From: Octopus sinensis | Taxonomy: Eukaryota | Assembly: GCF_006345805.1 (NCBI RefSeq) | Contig: NC_043002.1 | Location: 56,358,001 to 56,422,000, forward strand | Direction: 5' to 3' | DNA length: 64,000 nt | Part shown: positions 13,071 through 25,399 of the stretch, one piece after another | Position numbering within the stretch: position 1 is the first letter of the stretch | Layout: each line of letters begins with the position of its first letter | Program-made: the position numbers and the translations under genes | The notes under the pieces: generated by a model | The model's database searches: none | Seen by the model: the letters and a program-made list of their open reading frames with translations, nothing else | Told to the model about the DNA's origin: nothing

Positions 13071-14144
13071 GAATACAATTCTTAATAATAATTAATTATA
13101 AGAATACAGTACAATTTTTTTTTCTATATACATTGAGGTCCAGTCGGGTAAAATGGAAATGAAAGGGATCCATTTGCAAAAAATGGTTGGGAACTACGGA
13201 TTTAGAATGTCTGAGCTTTTGAGGTGAGGTGTCTTATTAGATTCCTTATTAAATCCAATAGTTGTTTTTTCTTTAATGTTATTCCCTAGGAATCGTAGGG
13301 AATGACACCCTTCAGTGCTCTCAGTGAAAAATTCATATTTTTCACTCTATAAACCATACATAGTCATCATCATATGTCCATTGTCCATGCTGGCATGGGT
13401 TGGGCAGTATGACCAGGGCGGGAAGGCTGCACCAGACTCCAGTCTGATTTGGTATGATGTTCTGCGGCCGGATGCCCTAACACCAACTATCCCAAGAGTC
13501 TAAAGGGTTCTTTTACATGCAACTGGCACAGGTGCCATTCGAGTGACACCAGTATCTTCCACAACTCCAATTTTACTTGGCTTGATGGGTCTTCTCAAGC
13601 ATGACATAATGCCAAAGGTTTTGGTCATTGGCTCCATGAGGCCCAACACTCAAAGGAATCTTTTCATGTACCACTGGCATCAGCCACTCTACCTCTGTGA
13701 GTCCCAATGCTCAAAAGGTACTTTTTACATGCCAGTTACCTGACACCAGCGTCAGTCATGATTACAATTTCACTTGACTTGATGTGTCTTCTCAAGCATG
13801 ACATATCACCAAGGGTCTCAGTCACTGGTCATTCATTGCCTCTGTGGCTATATGTATTACTGAAACACATGTATGGTTTATAAAGCTTAAAATACCAATT
13901 ATGTTTTCTGTATACATACTGTATATATGTGTGATCCATGTTTCATGTTAATTTCTTGTTCAAACAGCAGTTTAATAATGACAATTATTTTACTAAATTC
14001 TTTATTGTTTTCAAAGCTATTTAAAACAAAGAGAGGGTATTTCAACAGGAATATAGCAACAAAGGGGTTAAGAAGTATACAATTTCTCTGAATCTTTATT
14101 TAAAAACTCACTACTAATCTATATTTTTGAGATGAGGAATTATG

Positions 14145-14509
14145 TACATTATTTACAATGGATGGATAGGTGTCCCCACCTTGTTTGTTGTTACCACAAC
14201 ATTTCGGCTGATTTACTCTCCAGCCTCCATCAGGTGTTCTGGTGCAATTTCAAACCCAACCCTTTATTTGACTAATGGGGTACTCTGTTCTCATTCCTTA
14301 GGTATTCTTTTTGGAAGAAAAATAAACAATAATATCAGTAAAAGAAAAAATCCTTGGAATGAGAACAGAGTAACCCCATTAGTCAATTAAAGGGTTGGGT
14401 TTGAAATTCCACCAGAACACTTGATGAAGGCTGGAAAGTACATCAGCCGAAATGTTGTGACAACAACAAACAAGGTGAGGACATGTATCTGTCCTTTGTA
14501 GATAATGTA
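14145..14509. mobile_element. Inverted repeat of a Penelope-like tail (arms 14145-14297 and 14356-14509) with degenerate hammerhead cores
   Basis: The ~153-bp arms are reverse complementary. Plus arm: TTGATGA-A-GGCTG-loop-CAGCC-GAAA (14421-14452). Minus arm: CTGATGG-A-GGCTG-loop-CAGCC-GAAA. Confidence 0.7.
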
Positions 14510-15099
14510 AAAAATCATTTTAAAATATTTTACCTTTTTGAATTTAGACAGAGATAGCACAATTAACAATGAAATGCCCCGAAAAAATGGTTATTACTGG
14601 TTTAAGTAATTTGTTTCTTTTTTTATAATTTTTAAAAGAAATATAATTTTTATTCCTTTACCTTGTTACTGGGGCACCGCCTTGAGAATTTTAATCGAAT
14701 GAATTGACTTCAGTGCTTTTTTTTCCTTTTCATTTAAGCATTATTTTATTGGTCTCTTTTGCTGAACTGCTAGGTTACAGGGATGTAAACACACCAACAC
14801 TGTGATAGGGGACAAACACAGACACACATATATGTACTAAGAAGATATTTTAACTTTTTTTTTTTTGTGCATGGTAATCTCATTTTCATAAAATGTGCTC
14901 AGCAGTCCATGCTATGTGCAAGTCCCAGTGCTTTATGGGTTAATAATAACATTTATATTTTTAATTCTTCATTATCATCAAAATTAATTGAAAGTCATTG
15001 TAGTTCAATAAAATATGGGTTAATTTGCTTTTTTAAGAATGAAATTTTTTTCCTTCCCATTGAGAAAAAAGTCTTAGCACCCTATATAAATGAGGGGTA

Positions 15100-15216
15100 G
15101 ATGAGGCCAAACATCCCTGAAAGTTTTGTCTGAATCCATCCAGTGGTTCTTGATATATCTTGTCTTCGGACAAACAAACACATCTGAAAACAATACCTTT
15201 GCCTTCGCTAAGGCAG
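15100..15216 (-). mobile_element. HINE-like 5' fragment
   Basis: Reverse complement of the 54484 element head. Confidence 0.6.
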
Positions 15217-15705
15217 AGGTAATAAAATAGCTTTTTGTTTGTTTGAAGAAAAAAACAAAACTAAAGGAATACTGAAAGTAGCATAATTCAGCTGTCAGTA
15301 GATTAATCTTATAATTTGAAGAAATGTTTTTACTGATATGACTATAGAAAATAGCATCATGAGAGAGAGAAAAGATAAAGAGGGAATGCTAACTCACAGT
15401 GTTATTGTTACCATGCAGTGGATTAAATTAGTTTTCTCTAGTTGAAATCGTCAATAATAATAGAAACACAAAAACCAGAATTTGATGAAAATGTATTAAA
15501 GTTAGAATTTTTAAGAATTTTCTAGACAGTGTAGACTTTAAGTGTTTTCTTTTAGTAAACATATGTGAGTATGGTTTATAAAAGAGGGAAAGCAATGCAT
15601 TATTTTTTCTAAATTTTACCTTAAAATTTTTTGTACAAAGTGTGGCAGTACTAACTTTCATTTCTTTGTTATTTATTTTTGTCTCTATTTTTGATGCCTG
15701 CACAG

Positions 15706-15780
15706 GTTAGGTAAATATATTGGGGCATTGTTTTACAGTTGGCATGCTCTTCCTGTTGGTAACCTTTACTTGTTTTTTAA
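15706..15780 (+). other. Candidate plus-strand exon, 75 nt
   Basis: A very long polypyrimidine tract ending GCACAG| and a donor AA|GTAAGA. Open in phase 2/2 (LGKYIGALFYSWHALPVGNLYLFF). Confidence 0.3.
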
Positions 15781-18700
15781 GTAAGAGATTTCTTATTTCA
15801 CACTCTTTGAAGGTACAGTACCAACAAACAATTTGTTTGCAGGGGAAATGACAACAATGTCACCAGTTGTACATTGATTTTGGAGAGGTACAAATACAGA
15901 TGCATGCATGCGTGTGCACACACACAGTCTAACGCATATGTATATGCATTAGGAAAGGTGAGTATTTCTTTCATAGTAGTGGCACTAGTGAGGTCCACCA
16001 GGGAACTTGTAAGCTAAGGCCCCATTCAACTGAGTGATGTAGTATATTGAGGAAGGTAGCCTTATGCCAGGTGTCAAGAGATCAAAGTATGTGGGGTAGG
16101 TATATGGCTACCCCAGCTGGAAAAAGAGAAAATGATGTTAATGAGGTGTGGGGGTGTACCCTGAGCATACAAGAAGGTGAATATAAGAGAAACTATAAAC
16201 AGAGAATCAGAATGGCAAGGTAGGAATAAAAAAACCAAATTTCATAGAATTTTGTTTGTTGTTCTACCAATTCTGCCCTCCAACATCTTTGAATATCTAA
16301 ACCTGATACCATTTTGGCAATCTGGTGAATAGTTGATTGCTTAACCATCATCATAGGTTTAAAGTCCTATCAAGTAGTTACACATCAGACTGCTTGCTGC
16401 TAAAGCAAACCAGTTGAAAAAAAATAACCATTTTATTATGGTTGACTGAGGAAAGAAATCTAGCTGTCAAACTGGCGAACTGTTAATTATTCATCATGCA
16501 AAATATCCAAATTTGGACAAACATCCAACTTCTATTAGCAGAAGAGAAGTAAATATTTTTTTTAAAAATTGAATTAAATGAAATGTTTTTTAAAAAAATC
16601 AAAATCATAAGTTCATATTTTTGAAATCTTCATCTTGATGCTATTTGCAGTGTTGCTGCTTATAGTGAAGGAGAAGGAAAAAAATATATTTAAATAACCA
16701 TTTACAATATTTCCATTTTTATTGAACTGATTGAAAATATCAATTTAAATGTCATAGTGCTATTAGATAATTGACATTTTGAATTATCTTAATTTTATTG
16801 TCAGTTGGAACATCTCACCAGTTGTGTGTGTGTGTGAGTATTTATCAATATGTATCTATATAAATACACACACAGAAAAATGTTAAATTTGTGATCATAT
16901 GAAGATGTTTTAATCTTGAGTTGTCAAACAAAAATACAGAATTGTAAGATCATTTGATCTTTAAAACTGGATTATGTTCTCAAACAGCTCCTCATTTTCA
17001 TATTTTCAGTACCTTTCCAATCTTAGGTCTTTTGTATTTTGCTTTTTAACTATTTTAGTCATTGGAATGTGGCCATGCTGAAGCACTACCTTGAAGAGTT
17101 TAGTACTTATTCTATCAGTCCCTTTTGGCAAACCACTAAGAACATCAGTTGTCAAGAGGTGGGGTACAGCACAAAGACACACATATATGTCAGGCTTCAC
17201 AAATATTTTCTGTCTACCAAATTCACTTACTAGGCATTGGTTGACCTGGGGCTATAGTATAAGACAGTGGTTCCCAAAGTGGGTGGTATCCCCCACTGGT
17301 GGGGTAGGGGTTGAGAAGATCGGGTGGAGTGTGAAGAAAAATGGGGCAATGGATGTAAAAAGAAAAACAAAGTAAAGGGTGAAGTGAAGTATTGTTATTT
17401 TGAATTTGCTGCAGAAAATGGTCTGTGAAGGGGTGGGTACTAGGAATGTGGCCTTAGAACCAAGCGAGTGGCAGACTGAAAAAGTTTGAAAATCACTGGT
17501 ATAAGACACTTCCCCCAGGGTGCTGTGTTGTGGGATTGAACCCAAAAACCATGTGGTTGGGAGGTGAATATTTAAAAATTCTTGGTAATTATTTTATTGA
17601 AACCTGAAAATATGAAATGCAAGTCAGCTTCTGGCAAGATTTCATCTCATAATACATTTCAGCACAGAAATAATCAAAGCAAGGTTCTACTGAATTGAGA
17701 CATTGCTACCAGCATCTAACAAAAGATTAATACAAGAAATTTTACCTGTTCTTCCATTGTCTCTGAAAATTCCACTACTCCAGCTACAGATATAGTTGTG
17801 TAGTTAAGCAGCTAGCTTCCCAACCACATGGTTCCAGGTTCAGTTCCACTGCATGGTACCTTGGGCAAGTGTCTTCTACTATAGATCCGGGTCAACCAAT
17901 GCCTTTTTGTGTGGATTTGGTGGACTAAGAAATCCACTGGCTACAGCGACAAAGGCTACAGTTGATCTGTGAAATTAAGGTGCAAGTGGCTGAGTGCTCC
18001 ACAGACACATGTACCCTTAATGTAGTTCTCAGGGGGATTCAGCATGACACAGAGTGCAACAAGACTGGCTGTTTTAAATTACAGGTACAACTCATTTTTA
18101 CCAATGTGAAATAAGTGTCTTGCTCAAGGACAACACACCACCAGGAATTGCACTCATGGCTTAGACAAAAACTGAAAGAAATCCATTGTGTGTGTGTGTG
18201 TGCTCTTTTATGTTTCTTTGTCTTGGTTTCATGTGATAGTTACAAATGAGTGTTATACAAGCACTGTCATTTGTGAGAACATGTCTGGCTATGGGGAACT
18301 ATTATCTTGCTTGGAAACGGGTGGTGGTTGGCTAGAGGAAGGGTATCTTGCTATAAAAAAATCTACCTCAATAAATTCAGGCCCATGCATGTATGATGGT
18401 GATGATGGTTCTATAGGGAGAAGGTACTTATGTTATTGATTTATGCTTTAACAGAGAATAACTTGTAAAAGAGAAAAAAGTGTTATCCGACATTTGAAAA
18501 GCTTTCAATGATGATATAAATCAACTGAATCTTTGTGCTGACCTTTCTGATTGGATACTGCATATAATCTCATTAGTTTAAGTCTGAGAAAGCCAAATGT
18601 TACTATTTAATTTTCACTTAAACCTAATGAAATAAATGGTACCATGATACCACTTGGAAGAAAAATAATTACAGGTCTTCATTAGCTGGGGGCTTACGTA

Positions 18701-19341
18701 CTACCATTCTATGCATGCGCATCAACATCATTTAATGTCTGTTTTCCATTTTGGCATGGGTTGGACAGTTTGATTGGAGCTAGTAAGGGTGGGGGCTGCA
18801 CCAGATTCCAGTTGTCTGTTTTGGCATGTTTCCTATGGCTGGATGCACTTTCTAATGCCAACCACTTTACAAAGTGTACTGGATGCTTTTTATGTGGCAC
18901 CAGCACCAACAGGGTTACCAAGCATCTTGCAAGACAAAATCCCCTCTCATCTGGGAGGAGGGAGTTGTAGTGAGTGGGGAGGTGGCTTTGTGCCAGTTAA
19001 TGAGAGATTAGAGGTATAAAGGAACAGGATTAGGTGTCTTCCTGTATGTACAGGTAGCCATCTATACCAAATTACATTTTAGTCATTTTCATTGCATTCA
19101 TTTCCAAATTTACTTGTTAATAGTTTGAGACAATAGCATAACAGATTAGTATTGTTTAGCTCCAGATTGATTGGCAGAATTGTTAGTGGATCAGACAAAA
19201 TCTTGTAATTGTTCCAACTTCATATTCTTAGTTCAAACAACCATTGGCATTATCTTTGTCTTTATCCTCATTTGAAGAACAATAAATAATGGAACTGCCA
19301 AGAATTGCAGTTGACCCTTCCTTTTTTTTGTTTTGTTTCAG

Positions 19342-19442
19342 AATCAGCCATGATGTCTTGTAAAGAGGGATTGACTAGGGTCTCTCTCAATCAGCTTATT
19401 GTAGAAACTAAGCTACTGACAGATTGCTGTGCTAACCATTAG
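19342..19442 (+). other. Candidate plus-strand exon, 101 nt, probably non-coding or UTR
   Basis: Strong acceptor TTTTTTTTGTTTTGTTTCAG| and donor AG|GTATGT. All three frames contain a stop. Confidence 0.35.
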
Positions 19443-22325
19443 GTATGTGACTAAGTGGTACTCAAGATCATGGTTTCAACTTCCAGACTGGACAGTGTGT
19501 TGTGTTCTTGTGCAAAACACTTTATGTTCCTTATTTCTTTATTGCCCACAAGGGGCTACACACAGAGGAGACAAACAGATTAAGTTGATTATAGTGACCC
19601 CAGTGCGTAACTGATACTTATTTAATTGACCCCAAAAGGATAAAAGGCAAAGTCAACCTCAATGGAATTTGAACTCAGAATGTAGCGGCAGACGAAATAC
19701 CGCTAAGCATTTCGCCCGGCATGCTAATGATTCTGCCAGCTCATCGCCCTACATTTCATGTTTCTCCTGGCCAATCAGCTGTGTGTGAGTAACCCTATGG
19801 TGGACTGGCGTACCATTCCAGTGGGAAGTTCTGATCTCACTCACTTATACACAAGGGAAACTGAGTAACCGGTCATGAGGTTTACGACTCAAAGACTGAA
19901 ATGTCCACGGGTTTATGATGAAGATGTGCTGTCTGGCATCATCATCATCATTGTTTTAACATCTACTTTTCCATGGATCAAACGAGAGTATGTTGGGTCA
20001 GAGTTTTCCAACAGCTGGATCCCTTTCTTTTTTGCCATCCCCTATATGTTTCAGCTGAGGTAAGAATTCTCCTGGACATGTCTTATGCAGAGAACCTGAA
20101 ACAAACTACTGTATGAATGAACCTTTTGTTTACATGGGTGCAGGTGTGGTTGTGTGGTAAGAAGTTTACTTTCCAACCACATGGTTCCAAGTTCAGTCCC
20201 ACTGTGTGACTAGCCTTGGGCTGACCAAAGCATTGTGAGTGGTTTTGGTAGACAGAAACTGAAAGAAACTTGTATATGCATCTATGTGTGTTTTTATCTG
20301 CCACACTGTTGGTGTGTTTATGTCCCTGTAATCTAGCAGTTTGGCAAAAGAAACTGATAAAATAAGTCCCAGAGTTGATTCATTCAACTAAAATTCTTCC
20401 AGACAGTGCCCCAGAATGGCCACAGTCTAATGACTGAACAGGTAAAAAATATAAACGATTACACATGTCAGGAAGCTGGACATGGTTTCGAGTGGGGTGG
20501 GCTGCAAGCAAGCAGTAGGAATAGTAAGGCTATTATTTACAATAAGCTGACAAACAGACATGTAAATGAAGAAAATACAAACTCATTCACACACTCGCAT
20601 GTGGTGATGATGATGATCCGATGGGCTTCTTTCAGTTTCTGTCTACTAAATCCACACAAAAGGGTTTGATTGATCCAGGGTTATAGTAGAAATCGCTTGA
20701 CTTTCATGCCACATTGTGAGACTAAACCCAAAACCACATGGTCATGAAATGAATTTCTTAACCACATAACCATGTCAGCATCTCACCAAAATTTCATCGC
20801 AACCAAATTGATTATCTTTTATTTTTAAAATCTGATGAAATTAAAAACAACCTCATTTCATTATTTTTTGTTTGTTCATGTCAATTTTTTTTTTTTTTGC
20901 AAATAAAGCTTCTTTAAAAAATGTATTTTTGTTTAAAACATTGTTTTCTGTTTGTATTTGAGTAGTATTTTAATGCTTACAAACAGATTGAATGATTAAA
21001 TATGTCTGAGTAAAAATGTTAAATTATAGGTTTATTGAATATGTAAGAATGGCAGGATGAAGATTTATATAATTTGGAAATTGATTACAAAAACCAAACT
21101 TTCAAATCATCAGAACCAGTTTTCCTTCTTTTCAATGTAAATGTTATTTTGATTTAAGAAATCCTTTTAAAATATCAGAAAAATTATTATTGTAATTTAT
21201 TTTTTATCATAATTTTTAGCATCACCATTATTATTAGTATTAAGGTGGAAAGATGATGAAATTGCTAGTATACCTCACAAAATGATTAGTAACATTTCAC
21301 CTGTCTTTACATTCCAAGTTCAAATTATCAAACCTAGGGACCAAACCATTAATTTAAGAAGTTAACATTTTCATTAATGATTTAACTTTAATAAGTTAAC
21401 TTTGGAAATCATTCTCGGACTAATTAATTTCCGTTAACTCAAGTCAACATCAGGTAACTTCAATTGAATTAAAGTAAACAGATTTTATGGTTTTGGCACT
21501 TTTTAAAGGTGTTTTTAGGTAGTTTTAGAGCAAAAACTGATTTATTGTTTTTTTTTCTATAATAAAAATTAATGTTAATAGTTTATCAAATAACTTCCGT
21601 TACATTTTTAAAGAATTAAATGATTATCGAATTTAACTTTTTCGTTAATGGATTAACAGTGCCCACCTTTTCAAATTCTGCTGAAACCTACTTTACCTTT
21701 CATCCTTTTGATATGGATAAAATAGGTACCAGTGATACACTAGCCTTCTTCCCCAAAATTTCAGGCCTTGTGCCTGCAGTAGCAAGGATTATTATTAACA
21801 TTGTAATACTGCTATAATGGCAACAGTAAAAGGGAGCACTAAAGACAGGTAAAATATATTTAATCTCAAAAAGAGTCAACAAAACAATTTAATTGAAGTC
21901 ACATTTTAATCAAATACCTTCATCAACTAAGAAAAATGTCTCAACTTGATTGATGGGTCCCTTTCATCTGACTGCTTCTCGGTTTAAAGAATTGCTACTG
22001 AGCCTTTCCTGATTAGCAATGAAATATCAATTCTCTATAATCATATCTTGTGAAAATGACAATGGTTAGCACCCAATGAAAATGAAGAATCCATCCTGAA
22101 CCAGGAATACACTAAAAAACAGTTATGTTGTGGGTTTGATGGGATGTGAAGGGTGTAATCTATTATGAAGTGCTAAACAAAATACTTAATGTGACAGTCC
22201 CATGAAAGGGAAGAATGCTATGGTTATTTAGCCCTAGGAAACACCATTTATTGTTGGACTTGACACATTTCCTGTGTCGTGTTTTCAAAGTGGAGACAAG
22301 CACCTCCGCCCAGCAAAGCCAGCAA

Positions 22326-22366
22326 CCAGAGACTAGTTTCAGAGTCATTGCTCATCATCAGTCTGA
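22326..22366 (-). ncRNA. Minimal type I hammerhead ribozyme (inverted copy)
   Basis: The minus strand reads TTCAGA-CTGATGA-TGAGCAATGACTCT-GAAA-CTAGTC^TCTGG. The core is identical to the plus copy, and stem I has one G-U pair. Confidence 0.72.
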
Positions 22367-22477
22367 AGTAGCATAGCTTGCTAGCTGTCAATGCCTATTC
22401 ACCTTTGAAAACATATATATTTCAAGTGAAATACATTCAAAGGTGGATAGGCATTGACAACTAGCAAGCCATGCTAC

Positions 22478-22520
22478 TCCAGACTGATGATGAGCAATGA
22501 CTCTGAAACTAGTCTCTGGA
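22478..22520 (+). ncRNA. Minimal type I hammerhead ribozyme
   Basis: TCCAGA-CTGATGA-T-GAG-caatga-CTC-T-GAAA-CTAG-TC^TCTGGA. This gives a 6-bp stem I, intact CUGAUGA and GAAA cores, a GAG/CTC stem II, a palindromic ACTAGT stem III and a GUC cleavage triplet (22512-22514). Confidence 0.75.
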
Positions 22521-23506
22521 TGCTGGGTGGAGGTGCTTGTCTCCACTTTGAAAACATAAGGACACAGAAAATGTGTCATGGCCAACTGGAAATGTTTCCT
22601 AGGGCTAAATAACAGTAGCATTCTTCCCTTTTATGGGACTGTCACATTAAGTTGGCAACATGCTATCACTTTATCATGCTGCTACTGCATAAATCTCTTT
22701 GAGAGATTTAGAAATATATTATTTCCAAAATACTTAATGTGGAGAAATATTGTTAAAAGCACCCATCATTAATCAATCTTGAAGGGACGTTGCTCTGACA
22801 TGATAATGCAAAATTACATATTGCTCGAGTCACCCAGGAAAAGATTATGACACTAAATACATAGAAGTTCTGCTTCATCTTCCTCACCAGACTTTGCACT
22901 ATCTGGCTATCATTTTTTTTTTTTTCAGATCCTTGCAACATTGAGGGAAAACAATAAATTGCGAAATGGTTGAAAATGTTATCTAGTGTTTCTTTGCATC
23001 AAAACCTGAATAATTTTACACCCAAAGGATCGACAATTTACTAAGTAAATGGGATTGTGTTAGCAATAGTGGGCAGGATATATTATCTTGATGAAATACA
23101 TCAATTCTAATAAAGAAGCATTTGTTTCTCGTCTTGAAATGTAACTTGAATTTCTAACAGTGCTTGGCAGTAGGACTCAGTCTAAAGACATTGTTATGAG
23201 GAAGAACTAAGCATTTCTTTAGAATCTACAAATGCCAGGTTTTCTACAGATGTATTCAGATTTTCTTTGAAACAAAGAATTGGTATAAATGCATTTAAAA
23301 GAGTGTCTTTGAATCTCTTAATTTCTAAAATTATGAGGAATTTAGGAAAATAACTTTGCCATTATTAAGTTGGTGCTTGAAACATAAATTAACAGGAAAT
23401 TTTGGTAGAAGGGTTCAATTTAGATTTGCTGAGTCAACTTTGGCAGAATTTGAACTCCAAGCGGAAAAGACCAAAACTGACACAAATCCATTTGTCTTTG
23501 GTTTTA

Positions 23507-23735
23507 TTAACCCTTTTGTTACCAACCCGGCTGAAACCGGCTCTGGCTTTGTAGTACAAATGTCTTGTTTTTATAAGTTTTGAATTAAAATCTTCCACCA
23601 AACTGTAGTCACAATTTATGTTCCTAACACTAGCTGAATGATAACTAAGTTATTTTACTAAATTCTTTCTTATATTTAAAGTAATTGAAAGAAACACAGA
23701 GCATCTCAAAATAAATACGGTAACGAAAGGGTTAA
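23507..23735. mobile_element. piggyBac-type MITE
   Basis: TTAA-CCCTTTTGTTACC ... GGTAACGAAAGGG-TTAA gives terminal inverted repeats and a TTAA duplication. Confidence 0.8.
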
Positions 23736-24409
23736 TTGTGCCAGGCACCACTCTAGTGTCTGGAAAATAGTAAATAATAATAATATGCAGTGCTGCAGCC
23801 AAATGACTGATGCAAGTAAAAGAATTAGTATTTTCCATCTTTGTGCAACTCCCCCTGTCTTGATGCAATACCTGCACTGGCTCTCGTGGCTTCTGATCTT
23901 AACTGATTGGAAGTGTTATCATGTACATTGTTTTGTCTTGGTGTAAAAGATGGGCTACAGCAAATGTTTTGCTCAATACCACAGATTTGCTTGTCAGTTG
24001 TTTGACCTTAACCAGTTGAGCATGTCCCTTAGTGTTTGACTGTATGTGCATCTCTGATCATGAGCAGAAGTAGTGGGGAAGCATCATAGCCATGTGTTGA
24101 GAGAGATTCTTTGGGGTTTGAATAATTCACCTCTGGAAACATGGATGTTTCGTTTAGCATCCTTAAGCAACCCTTATTCAGAAACCTTTTGAGCGGGATG
24201 GGCTACTTGATCTGAAGAAAATTCTAACTGGGCCCCACTTGCACGGTCATGGTGCTGTTAATTTGGTATGAGATCACCATGTGGTGAACACATGGTTGTG
24301 ATGCATGTGCCTGGTGTGCCCTTATCAGACGGGTAGTCATGATGGATATACTAGGCTTCGTATATTTGTACTTTAGTGTCACTTTGATGGCATATGCTGC
24401 TCTCTTACT

Positions 24410-25335
24410 CAATAATAATAATGGTTTCAAATTTTGGCACAAGGCCAGCAACTTTGGGGAAGGGGTTAAATCAATTACATTGACCCCAGTGATCAACTGG
24501 TACTTATTTGATCAACTCCAATAGGATCAAAAGCAAGCTGACCTTGGTGAAATTTGAACACAGAACATAAAGATAGATGAAATACCGCAAAGCCCAGTGT
24601 GCTAACATTTCTGCCAGCTCACCGCCTTATGATTAATAATAATAATAATCCTTTCTACTATAGGCACAAGGCCTGAAATTTAGGGGAATGGGGTAGTCAA
24701 TTACACTGACTCGAGTACTCAACTGGTACTCAATTTATTGACCCTGAAAGCAAAGTTGACCTTGGCAGAATTTGATCTCAGAACATAGAGACAGACGAAA
24801 TACCACTAAGCATTTCGCCCAGCGTGCTAACGATTCTGCCAGCTCATCACCTTATGATTAATAATAATAAAAATAATGGTTTCAAATTTTGGCACAATGC
24901 CAGCAATTTCAGAGGAGGGGCTAAGCTGATTACATTGACCCCAGTACTTAACTGGTATTTATTTTGTTGACACCAAAAGGATGAATGGCAAAGTCAATCT
25001 TGGCTGAATTTGAACTCAGAACATAAATGCAGACAAAATGCCACTAAGCATTTTGCTTCATGTGCTAATGATTCCCACAGCTTACCACCTTAACAACAAC
25101 AATAATAATGATAATAATAATCCTTTCTAATATAGGCACAAGGCCTGAAATTTTTGGGGAAGGGTTGATTATATTGATCCCTGTACTCAACTTGTACTTA
25201 ATTTATTCACCCCCAAAAGGATGAAAGGCATAGTCAACCTCAGCAGAATTTGAACCCAGAACGCAGCAACAGGGGAAATATTGCTAAGCATTTCGCCCAG
25301 CGTGCTAATGATTCTGCCAGCTCACCACCTTATGA
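24410..25335 (-). mobile_element. Tandem cluster of about 5 tRNA-derived SINEs (family A, Meta/Sauria-like central domain)
   Basis: Repeated GAGCTGGCAGAA..TTAGCA...GAGTTCAAATT...GTCAACTTTGC.TTTCATCC... units separated by (AAT)n. Other copies lie at about 10110, 10370, 11345, 19600, 27725, 27890, 49770, 50400, 54300, 56340, 57555 and 60130-61245. Confidence 0.88.
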
Positions 25336-25399
25336 TTAATAATAATTGTTTGATTTAGGCAGAAATTCAGGAAAAGGGGTTGGATGATACCATCATATC

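Larger units (their letters stand above)
22184..22652. mobile_element. Inverted repeat (arms 22184-22409 and 22436-22652), Penelope-like pLTR or retrozyme-like insertion
   Basis: The arms are clear reverse complements with a 26-bp spacer, and each contains a hammerhead core. A 15-bp direct repeat AAAATACTTAATGTG (22179-22193 and 22727-22741) flanks the insertion. Confidence 0.75.
22060..22900 (+). mobile_element. Decayed mariner transposase interrupted by the inverted-repeat insertion
   Basis: The left part reads KTVMLWV*WDVKGVIYYEVL. The right part reads LINLEGTLL*HDNAKLHIARVTQEKI, matching the mariner D-N-A-x-P-H motif. Confidence 0.8.

Noticed and set aside
17680-17790. Ankyrin-like peptide CINLLLDAGSNVSIQ on the minus strand
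   Set aside because: Lacks the TPLH helix-1 motif, ends in a stop and has no good donor; probably chance.
18505-18556. C/D-box snoRNA-like pattern (ATGATGA ... CTGA with a short terminal stem)
   Set aside because: Only about 43 nt from box C to box D, too short for a typical snoRNA, and no rRNA-complementary guide recognised.
20981-21005. 25-nt minus-strand microexon (TYLIIQSV, phase 0 to 1) that would also fit the acceptor at 12301
   Set aside because: Several other candidates (e.g. near 49480-49578) fit equally well, and they cannot be distinguished without transcripts.
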